Shown piece after piece: positions 18,779-26,633 of a DNA stretch of 64,000 bases. The stretch lies in the IMG/VR virus record IMGVR_UViG_3300033074_002003. One strand, 5' to 3'. The notes beneath the pieces are model-generated. The model was not told the DNA's origin, made no database searches, and was given only the letters and a program-made list of their open reading frames with translations. The DNA comes from a virus. The translations under genes and the position numbers were made by a program. Within the stretch, counting starts at the first letter, position 1, and each line of letters starts with the position of its first letter.

Positions 18779-19781
18779 CTGTTGCTCTCTTTCCGATCCC
18801 GGGTGAGGTGACACTGAACGGAGTCCGCCGCTCGAGGGTCTCAAAGAATTCTTTGAACGGCGCGAAACCTTGCGGCATGTAGAGACTCGATACACATTTC
18901 TCCGCGTGGTCCAGCTTGTTCATATCGTGTGACGACATCACGAGCTCAGCGAGGTTGTCACCGATCGAAGACGGGTGAAGAATTTGTGAGGCGGCGCCGA
19001 CATCGCGCGACACGATGGGTGTCCTTGTCGCGGCACACTCAAAGATTGCCTGTGGCCCGCCCTCGTAACGAGATGAGACGATGTAACAGTCTATCGCGTT
19101 GTAGAGCTCGTTGATCCTCTCGATGCTGGGCCTCTCTTCGTAGACAAATGGGATCCCGGCTTGTGTGAGTCGCTGTGTCACGTACTGCCGTCGCCAGCCT
19201 GCAAGAAGTACCGTGAGGCTCGGAATCTTCTTCTGCAGCTTGATGAGCTCGTCACACAGGATGTCAGGGCCCTTTTCGAGCTTCGGTGAGGTGAGATCGC
19301 TACCTTCGGTATCGCGCTGTGCCGAGCCCACGATAAATCGATCGGGTGCGATGCCAAACTTGGACGAGTGCAGAGTGCGAGGACCCGGGAGAGCGTGCCA
19401 GACGTCGGGATTCACCCAGAACGGCTGCGAAAAGATCGGCTTCTCGATGCCGTGTGACGAAAGAATCGCGTGCAGCTGCTCTCGCGTCTTCTCGGACGGG
19501 ACGTGATACGCAGTGATGTACTTGTCGCGGACAAGGAACTCGCCCAGCTCGCGGTGCCCGAACTTCTCTGGAACGATGTGGTGCACAGTTGCGACCACGG
19601 GTCGTCCCGACAGCAGAAATGTGGGCGGAACGTGATTCCACATCCAGTCGGCGATGAGCCACAAAATGTCAGCTTTATTTGGATCTAGTTCGCCCATGCC
19701 GCTCTTTTGCCACTCGCGACAGAAGCGGTCACAAATCCAGTCCTCTTGAGCGGGGAGCGCCCACACTTTCAAATCTGTCAT
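18771..19781 (-). CDS. glycosyltransferase family 1/4 (GT-B)
   Basis: EGGPQAIFECAATRTPIVSRDVG matches the GT1 EX7E-region motif. Confidence 0.7.
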   Translation of the reverse strand: MTDLKVWALPAQEDWICDRFCREWQKSGMGELDPNKADILWLIADWMWNHVPPTFLLSGRPVVATVHHIVPEKFGHRELGEFLVRDKYITAYHVPSEKTREQLHAILSSHGIEKPIFSQPFWVNPDVWHALPGPRTLHSSKFGIAPDRFIVGSAQRDTEGSDLTSPKLEKGPDILCDELIKLQKKIPSLTVLLAGWRRQYVTQRLTQAGIPFVYEERPSIERINELYNAIDCYIVSSRYEGGPQAIFECAATRTPIVSRDVGAASQILHPSSIGDNLAELVMSSHDMNKLDHAEKCVSSLYMPQGFAPFKEFFETLERRTPFSVTSPGIGKRATDV

Positions 19782-20716
19782 CTCTCGACTCCCAAAATTG
19801 AATCGAACACAGCTTCGTACTTCGAAGCTACGGCACCAATATCAAAGCGTCCAGCATCTGGCACAGGCTTCACATCAGGGAGCGCGACCATCTGCTTCAC
19901 ATTGATCTTTGGCGGCTTATCGTAGTATGTGAGTTCGAAATTGTACTCGCTGTCATCCTTCAATACGATGCCGTTCTCGGGACCGACAAGTTCTGCGGTA
20001 CCACCTTCAGAAGAGCAGATTACGGGCAGCCCCTGGGAGAGTGCCTCAATGACAACGTTGGGACAATGGTCGAGCCAAGCGAGGTGTAGGAACCAATCCG
20101 AGCTGCGATACATCTGCAGGCAGACTTCGGGAGTCTGCCGCCCGGCATAAAAGATGTCCGGATCTGCGACCGTCACGTCTGGGTTGGGACCCACAATCAC
20201 GAGACACGACGCGCCGTGAACAGCACGGAGGTGCTTAAAGAGCTCGATATTTGACTTCAGTCGCTTCTGCGGGTGCCATGATGAACTGCAGATGAAGACG
20301 TTCTTGTACGTCTTTCTTAGGCGTTCGAATCCGACCATGGGTGGTGCCGGTGTCGTGTCGATGCCGTTGTGAATGACGCTGAACGCCTTCGGCTCGTCCC
20401 ACCAGTTGATGACCATCTTCCGATCGAAGTCCGACTGAAAAATCACGTGGTTCGCGCGGCGGAAGAATTCCCTGATGGGACGGTTCCTCCTCTCAAACTC
20501 TTCGGGGGAGAACCAGATACCGTCTAGTCGGTGAACAGACGGCTTCCTTTTGTTGAGCTCTCGCGTTGGCTCTATGAAAACAAGTGCGATGTCATAGTCG
20601 TCAGGATCGGCGATTGTGTGGCCGTTGAGGGTAAGCCTCTCAGCCAAACGTGTGGCGAACGTGTTGGGCCCGCTGTTCGAGGAGAAGTTTACATTGTCAA
20701 AGTACACACGTCGCAT
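19778..20716 (-). CDS. glycosyltransferase family 1/4 (GT-B)
   Basis: CPNVVIEALSQGLPVICSSEGGTAELV GT1 motif; ATGA coupled. Confidence 0.7.
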   Translation of the reverse strand: MRRVYFDNVNFSSNSGPNTFATRLAERLTLNGHTIADPDDYDIALVFIEPTRELNKRKPSVHRLDGIWFSPEEFERRNRPIREFFRRANHVIFQSDFDRKMVINWWDEPKAFSVIHNGIDTTPAPPMVGFERLRKTYKNVFICSSSWHPQKRLKSNIELFKHLRAVHGASCLVIVGPNPDVTVADPDIFYAGRQTPEVCLQMYRSSDWFLHLAWLDHCPNVVIEALSQGLPVICSSEGGTAELVGPENGIVLKDDSEYNFELTYYDKPPKINVKQMVALPDVKPVPDAGRFDIGAVASKYEAVFDSILGVER

Positions 20717-20728
20717 GCTACGACAAAT

Positions 20729-21676
20729 TTACGGCGTAGCACTCAGTAGTTCATCGAAAATTGCGGCGAACTTTCCGATGCACGCTCTCCAGTCAGTAAA
20801 CTCAACAGCAGTGTTAGGAACAAAGGTTTCGCTGAGAAGCAGGCGCTCTAACTCCGCTTCAGACGAGAACGAGTGATCTTCACCGGCAAACTCTTTCGCG
20901 CCGCCGCCATTTGTATGGACGTACGTCGGAACACCACATGCGATCGATTCGATCACGTGGTTGGGCCCAGGGTCCCATCGACTCGCGCTGATGTAAACAT
21001 CGGCATTCGCGAGGTGCTCAGCCAGCTCGACACCATAGCACGGCGGGACGTGCGTCGTATTTTGCAGGGTACCCTTGTACCGACCGATGTAAGTGTACGA
21101 AAATCTGTCTCTGTACTTCGGAATGAAATACGAATCGAGCCACTGTGTGAAATCTGCGCCCTTCAGCGCGTTATCCGACCAGTGATGAGTGACAATCCGA
21201 ATTTTGTCAGTTCTGGGAGCACCGCGCGCGGGCGAAAAGACGCCCTTATCGACACCGTTGTAGATGATGTGATCGCTGGATCTGGCGTGGGTGAGGTCCA
21301 GTGACTGCGCCTCCCAAGAGTTCTTCAGGTAGTCGCAAAGCCAGTGGGAAACGAACACACACTCATCGACGTGCTTCCTGCACTTGAAAAGCATCGCATC
21401 TACGTCGGATGTACCTTTTCGAGCATCGCACTCGTTCAACCTTTGGATGACGGCGGCCCGCGGGTTGCTGCGCTTGTACGTCACGATTTCGTTGATGCTG
21501 GGATTCGCGTCCTCGTAGCGCGGGTCGACGATCAGAACTGCATCAGGGTTATCGACGAGCGACCCTACGACAGTGTACCCAAATCCAGAGAATAGGTCGT
21601 GTGCCGCCTGGACAAACAGGTTACCCCCGCCCCAGCTCTGGTTGCGCCGCGGAGTTCGATTGATGAAAATCTTCAT
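20729..21676 (-). CDS. glycosyltransferase family 1/4 (GT-B)
   Basis: GPNHVIESIACGVPTYVHTNGGGAKEF GT1 motif. Confidence 0.65.
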   Translation of the reverse strand: MKIFINRTPRRNQSWGGGNLFVQAAHDLFSGFGYTVVGSLVDNPDAVLIVDPRYEDANPSINEIVTYKRSNPRAAVIQRLNECDARKGTSDVDAMLFKCRKHVDECVFVSHWLCDYLKNSWEAQSLDLTHARSSDHIIYNGVDKGVFSPARGAPRTDKIRIVTHHWSDNALKGADFTQWLDSYFIPKYRDRFSYTYIGRYKGTLQNTTHVPPCYGVELAEHLANADVYISASRWDPGPNHVIESIACGVPTYVHTNGGGAKEFAGEDHSFSSEAELERLLLSETFVPNTAVEFTDWRACIGKFAAIFDELLSATP

Positions 21677-22407
21677 CTCACGAATCCTCGCTTACGAAGA
21701 AACTCTGCCTCACGCGCCTGAAACTTTGCGTCCGCTGTCTGAAAAGTCTCTGGCCTCATGTCGCACCTATACGCATACGTTACGACAGGCACGTAGACAC
21801 GATGTTTCGCTTCGTGTAGCACGGGAAGGAAAATCGCCTGATCTCCCGCTCGACGTATGTATCGCCCGTCTTCGCCCCTGAAGTTCGCATCTGAAACCCG
21901 TGAGATCAGTGACTTACGAAACGTCTTCAGATGGCTCGAGACCCACGGGTGTGTGTAAGGGTTCGCGCCGAGAGCCATGGGCCCAGATATGTTCTGCATC
22001 GTCACGCCGCGATCGTCAAACCAACGGTGTGCGGTCCACGCGGCGTCACAGAAGCCATCGCTGTACACACGATTCAATAGTTCAAGCGCGTTGAGATCAC
22101 AGAGGTAATCGTCGGGATCTATCCGACAGATGATGTCTGTCTCTTTGACAGTGGGGTGTGCGATACACTGCAGGACATTTTCGACCTCCCACAGTTTTTC
22201 GGTGTTGACATGAAGCTTCAACTTGTCTTCAATGCCGAGCTCGCGAAAGAGCCTCGCGATGCGCTCGACAGAATCGTCTGTCGAGAGGTCATCGACGACA
22301 ATGATTGACCAGTCATTGTAAGACTGTCCGGCGAGGCTCAGAACGAATTGCCTGAGGTACCTCGACGCATTGAACATCGGCGCGACGAAGGTGAAGTGAT
22401 TTGACAT
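21673..22407 (-). CDS. glycosyltransferase family 2 (GT-A)
   Basis: FVAPMFNASRYL..SIIVVDDLSTDDS and RIDPDDY motifs. Confidence 0.75.
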   Translation of the reverse strand: MSNHFTFVAPMFNASRYLRQFVLSLAGQSYNDWSIIVVDDLSTDDSVERIARLFRELGIEDKLKLHVNTEKLWEVENVLQCIAHPTVKETDIICRIDPDDYLCDLNALELLNRVYSDGFCDAAWTAHRWFDDRGVTMQNISGPMALGANPYTHPWVSSHLKTFRKSLISRVSDANFRGEDGRYIRRAGDQAIFLPVLHEAKHRVYVPVVTYAYRCDMRPETFQTADAKFQAREAEFLRKRGFVR

Positions 22408-22408
22408 G

Positions 22409-23188
22409 TCACTTGTCGTTGAGCCACTCCGAGACGTAAGCCTCCTCCGGACTCTCTTCTACGAGCGGCTTCTTGCGCGTCATGAGGACCTGACCGTAGT
22501 CGATCTGATCGTCCGTATACCCGCGCTCGTCCATGAAAATTCGGCGATCCATCTTGATGAGCTGCTTCTCGTGTGAGTCAAACTGTGACTCATCGATCTC
22601 GTCGATCGCCCGCGCACACTCGATCGCCTCCTCTTTCTTTGTCGGGAGGTGATAGTCGTCGAAGAGAATGTGACGTGACCACTTGTCCTTCAGTAGTTCC
22701 CAGTCGCGCTTCACTGCGTCGTACCTGTGATCACCGTCGACATAGACGAGATCGAACTTCTCTGGAATTCGCGGAAGCGCGTCCTCTGACTTGTCTGTCA
22801 CGAAAACAATGCCCTTGAACCACTCCTCTGGGAAGATCCTGGCGAGGCTCTGCACGTAATCACGGTTTAGCGATGGGTCGATCGTCGTGATTCGGCCCGT
22901 CTTCCCGAGGTCTGCGAACGCCTTCGCCGCACACATTGTGCTGTAGCCCCGGCCGAAGCCGATCTCGAGGAACGAGTCGAGATTTCCGGTGACGATGAGG
23001 TAGTAAATGAGAATACCTCTCTCGTAATTGCTGCGATAGAAAGCTCCCACAGTATCGAAGAGCTTGTTCCCAGGCTCACGATTTCTCTTCGCCGTGAACT
23101 CGCCGATCGAGTCGAAATGGCCCAGTGAAATGTCAGATACTTTTACGCCGAGCTCCTCGAGCTTCTGTTGGATCTTCAGTGTCTTCAT
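22409..23188 (-). CDS. class I SAM-dependent methyltransferase (Methyltransf_24/CmcI-like; candidate sugar O-methyltransferase)
   Basis: Motif I LEIGFGRGYST; acidic LVYVDGDH. Confidence 0.65.
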   Translation of the reverse strand: MKTLKIQQKLEELGVKVSDISLGHFDSIGEFTAKRNREPGNKLFDTVGAFYRSNYERGILIYYLIVTGNLDSFLEIGFGRGYSTMCAAKAFADLGKTGRITTIDPSLNRDYVQSLARIFPEEWFKGIVFVTDKSEDALPRIPEKFDLVYVDGDHRYDAVKRDWELLKDKWSRHILFDDYHLPTKKEEAIECARAIDEIDESQFDSHEKQLIKMDRRIFMDERGYTDDQIDYGQVLMTRKKPLVEESPEEAYVSEWLNDK

Positions 23189-23784
23189 TGTGTTGGCTTT
23201 CTAAAAAGAACGACGGGTTCGCCGCCGATGGGTGCTGATGCCGTCCACGACAGGTTGTTTCCGAGAAATTCGTCTACTGCGGCTTTTACGCCCACCTTGT
23301 CAGTCTTCACTACGGGTGTGGCGCTCTCGATCTGCGAGTGTGTGTCGCGCTCGGAGTAAAAGAGGTCGCGCTCTGACCATTTTCCGAAGTAGTCATCTAC
23401 GATGAGGAGTCCATCGGGACTCAACAGGTCTTTCAAGAGGTCCAGCTCGCGACTCACCGTATAGTAGTTGTGATCGCCGTCGAGGAAGATGAGGTCGAAT
23501 TTCTCTGTGTTCGGTCCGAGAGTCGGCAGGTAATTCAAGCTGTTGTCAACAACGAACTTGAACTTGTCACTATCAAGAAATCCTGTGTACTTCAGGATCA
23601 CTTCAAGTGAGGCATCAAATCGAATATCGACGGACGTCACTTTGAAATCATTCTTCACGCGTGACAGCCAGAAGAGCATCGGAACGAGCGTCTGCCCACG
23701 GTCCACACCGATTTCAAGAATGTTTGGTCTTGAGACTCGTGAGAGAAACTGTTGTGCGACGGGAATGTAACCGTGATGGCTCAT
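23185..23784 (-). CDS. class I SAM-dependent methyltransferase, paralogue of 22409..23188; start at MSHHGYIP gives an ATGA overlap with the upstream gene
   Basis: ILEIGVDRGQT motif I; LIFLDGDHNY parallels LVYVDGDHRY in the paralogue. Confidence 0.65.
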   Translation of the reverse strand: MSHHGYIPVAQQFLSRVSRPNILEIGVDRGQTLVPMLFWLSRVKNDFKVTSVDIRFDASLEVILKYTGFLDSDKFKFVVDNSLNYLPTLGPNTEKFDLIFLDGDHNYYTVSRELDLLKDLLSPDGLLIVDDYFGKWSERDLFYSERDTHSQIESATPVVKTDKVGVKAAVDEFLGNNLSWTASAPIGGEPVVLFRKPTQ

Positions 23785-24050
23785 AGATTTTGCTCTCGCT
23801 TCTCGATTCCAATGATCTCTTGTCGACGAACGCAAAAGAGCAATTCGCCATCAACGGTGATCTGCTGCATGTGTGCAGATTTTGGAACAAAAATGATATC
23901 GTCCTCGATCGGAAGGGCCCCAACACACGAGATGACGCGCATCCTCTTACACGAAGAAGACGATGAATCGATCATGATGAGATCAGAATCAGAGCTCTTC
24001 TCTTCGATCTCTTTCACGAGAATGAAATCGTTCAGCATCTGTACGGGCAT
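23781..24050 (-). CDS. GroES/Cpn10-like co-chaperonin (analogue of T4 gp31)
   Basis: [22 protein letters not shown] aligns to GroES [31 protein letters not shown] ~ [25 protein letters not shown] ~ EEVLIMSESDILAIV; stop/start overlaps on both sides. Confidence 0.5.
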   Translation of the reverse strand: [89 protein letters not shown]

Positions 24051-25990
24051 CAGTGTTCCCTGTCGTTAGTCCAGCCAATGATATCGCGCGGAAGCGATCT
24101 GTTCACAGAAATGTGAGGCGTTGACGTCTTCCCGTCCCACTTCCTGTGCCAAACCCACCCGCCGAGGACACTCTTCATTAGTGCGGCCCTCTCACGAATA
24201 TCTTCGTCAGACACGTCCGACCACTTCTTGTCAAACATGAAGTTATTTTCTGGTGTGTCTGTGACAGTGACGTCAAACAGAGATTTCCAGTGACGAGCCC
24301 AGTACCCGCGGTACGTCTTGATTTTCCTCTCGAGATCCCACCAAGAGAAGTGAAACACGCCTGGGATCTTGTCTACGACGAAGTTGAACCACTGTTCGTA
24401 GTTTGCAAGTGCGCTGGCGTTGCCCATCATTGCAGCGTGCTTCAACCTTTCGATGTCTGGGGTGTAGAAAGACGAAAATGGGATGGGATCACTGGTGACA
24501 GAGTCGATATAATCGCAGCCGTCTGTGCCCTGCGCTGCGTAGGTGTGTCCCAATGAATCGATTCGCCGAAGCGCGCGGGGGATCCCGTGTGTTATCGCGG
24601 GGTCGTTGCGACTGATCCTCCACTTCCACGGGTTGATGTCCAACCTGACTTTTTCGATCCCGCCCCAATATTCGATGACGGGCAGCGCGAGAAGAGCGGC
24701 ATTCGCCGGGAACCTCATGACGAGGTCCTTGATTTTTTCACAGTCGTCTTCGTGGACAACCTCGTCAGAGTCCTGCTGCCAGCAGAAATCTCCCGTGCAC
24801 ATCTTGCGAGCCTCGGCTTTCTGGAGGCCGTCGAACACTGCATGGCGAGGGTGGTCCCAGTCGCGAGTGATCTGCTTGACCTTCAGGCGCTGTGTCACTG
24901 TACCGTCGACGTTTTGCGTCATATAACCGAGAGCCATCTGTTGCAGTCGGCTCCACGTGCTGTCTGTCGATCCGCCGTCCACGACGCAGACCTCATCGCA
25001 GAATGCAAGCATGCTTTCGATGCTTTCGCGAAATGGGTATCCCTGGTCGACGCAGTTGTACGTCGTCGTGTAGCCACTGATCTTCGGGCGATCCAAGTGA
25101 GACTTGGTATCGGCCCAGAACCTGGAGCGGCTGAGAAATAGGTACGATTCGGTGTCGACGCGGTCGGGCGATGTGAACCACTCCTCGGCCGCATGTTCGA
25201 CATTTTCATTGAGGTGCAGCTCACATCCGAGGAGTTTTGCCTCGATCACCATTCGTGGGCATGTATCTCCGCCGAGGGGCAGGTAAACGAATCCTGTGGC
25301 CCGCGCGAGCCTGTCAAGAAGTTCATCGTACGGCAAGTTCCACACGATGTCGTAGTCTTTGCCCGTAGACTTACACCATTCGACCGCCGCGTCGAAACCC
25401 TTCACCCACGACTTCGATCCGAGAACAATCCACTTTCCGTCGCGGGGACTGTCAGCATATTTCTTGTTCAACTGGGCAACCTTGACGAAAAATTGGTCAT
25501 CAAACACCGACGAGAGGACTGTGTTGTTGCACTGCTGGATCTCAGGAATCTTTGCGATGTACCTGCTTCTCTGGCGTTCGGACATCCACCAGATCGACTG
25601 GGCGCCGCAGAAGAACGTCGAAATTAGCTTCCCGTGTGCCTCGTTTTCGCAGTTGCATGGATTTCCTTCGATGGCGGCGTGTTTCTCTGGGGAGCGGTAT
25701 TTGCAGTACTTGTAGTCGTACTCCAGGATTGCGTACTTGATCCCAGAGGAAACGATCACGGGTAGAAGCGAGATGTCCATGCCCGCAAAATTGCCAAAGA
25801 TCCAGAAACGATCTTTTCCCTCTTCAAGGATCGATCTCGTAACACTGGATGACTTCAACTTGAGAAGCGGGAAGGGTGCAGAGTCGATGATCGCCTGCGA
25901 TGTTAGCTCTGCTCCACCGACGTACTCGTCAACGAAGAAGTCAGAAACGAAGACAAATTTGACGTCGGCTTGGATTTGGCCTGGAACCAT
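24050..25990 (-). CDS. two-domain glycosyltransferase (N-terminal GT-B-like plus C-terminal GT2-like); first gene of the leftward operon
   Basis: C-terminal half carries GT2 motifs CVVDGGSTDS and QQDSDEVV; the N-terminal ~300 aa resemble a separate glycosyltransferase domain. Confidence 0.55.
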   Translation of the reverse strand: MVPGQIQADVKFVFVSDFFVDEYVGGAELTSQAIIDSAPFPLLKLKSSSVTRSILEEGKDRFWIFGNFAGMDISLLPVIVSSGIKYAILEYDYKYCKYRSPEKHAAIEGNPCNCENEAHGKLISTFFCGAQSIWWMSERQRSRYIAKIPEIQQCNNTVLSSVFDDQFFVKVAQLNKKYADSPRDGKWIVLGSKSWVKGFDAAVEWCKSTGKDYDIVWNLPYDELLDRLARATGFVYLPLGGDTCPRMVIEAKLLGCELHLNENVEHAAEEWFTSPDRVDTESYLFLSRSRFWADTKSHLDRPKISGYTTTYNCVDQGYPFRESIESMLAFCDEVCVVDGGSTDSTWSRLQQMALGYMTQNVDGTVTQRLKVKQITRDWDHPRHAVFDGLQKAEARKMCTGDFCWQQDSDEVVHEDDCEKIKDLVMRFPANAALLALPVIEYWGGIEKVRLDINPWKWRISRNDPAITHGIPRALRRIDSLGHTYAAQGTDGCDYIDSVTSDPIPFSSFYTPDIERLKHAAMMGNASALANYEQWFNFVVDKIPGVFHFSWWDLERKIKTYRGYWARHWKSLFDVTVTDTPENNFMFDKKWSDVSDEDIRERAALMKSVLGGWVWHRKWDGKTSTPHISVNRSLPRDIIGWTNDREH

Positions 25991-26015
25991 AGCACGATGT
26001 TACAGCATTTGTCCC

Positions 26016-26152
26016 GATCTGTTCATTAAATTTGAACACCTGAGATCTCCCCTTAAATTAAGATCCAGATCAGATCTAGATCATTTAACAGATCGATCTC
26101 TTAACTGGTTAACCACTAGATCAGTTAATAGATCTGGAAGAGATCTAGATCA
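26016..26152. promoter_or_regulatory. GATC-saturated palindromic/iterated strand-switch region (divergent promoter region and/or origin-like element)
   Basis: 12 GATC sites in 137 bp; AGATCT four times; TAGATCA three times; AGATCTAGATCA twice; GGTTAACC palindrome at 26107-26114; lies between divergent operon starts. Confidence 0.6.
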
Positions 26153-26171
26153 GAAAGTGTATGTATCCTGA

Positions 26172-26633
26172 GTGCCTCCCCAAGTACCTCGTCGAGATCC
26201 GCGTGAAGAACCTCTCGAGGGGGAGAGATTTCATACTCCCCTGAGCGGGCAGGTCGGTATTTTTGAGGTTCTCTACTCTATCAAGGCAGAAGTAGGAACC
26301 GTTCACAAGCGCATCGACGAGATGCAACACACGATGACGCGCATAGGCGAGGAATCGTCTGTCAACGGACACAAGCTAACGAACCTCTCAGAGAAGCTCC
26401 TCGAACCAGACGAGGGACTGTTTGCCCGCGTTCGTGATATCGAGCGCAAGATCGAGCTCACCGAGAAGATAACGGAGAAGAAGGGCGACGAGACAGAAGC
26501 CGCTGTCAAACAAGTCGACAAGCTCGTCACGTGGAAAGACACGTGGGGCAAGGTGGGGTGGTACGTCCTCATCGCACTTGTCGGAGTTGTTTTGAAGTAC
26601 ATCTTTGATTTTCTGGTTACAAAGCCTAAGTGA
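26172..26633 (+). CDS. hypothetical coiled-coil protein with C-terminal transmembrane anchor (start may be ATG 26322)
   Basis: C-terminal hydrophobic VGWYVLIALVGVVLKYIFDFLV; the tool's start is GTG; stop overlaps the next gene's start (GTGA). Confidence 0.4.
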   Translation: MPPQVPRRDPREEPLEGERFHTPLSGQVGIFEVLYSIKAEVGTVHKRIDEMQHTMTRIGEESSVNGHKLTNLSEKLLEPDEGLFARVRDIERKIELTEKITEKKGDETEAAVKQVDKLVTWKDTWGKVGWYVLIALVGVVLKYIFDFLVTKPK

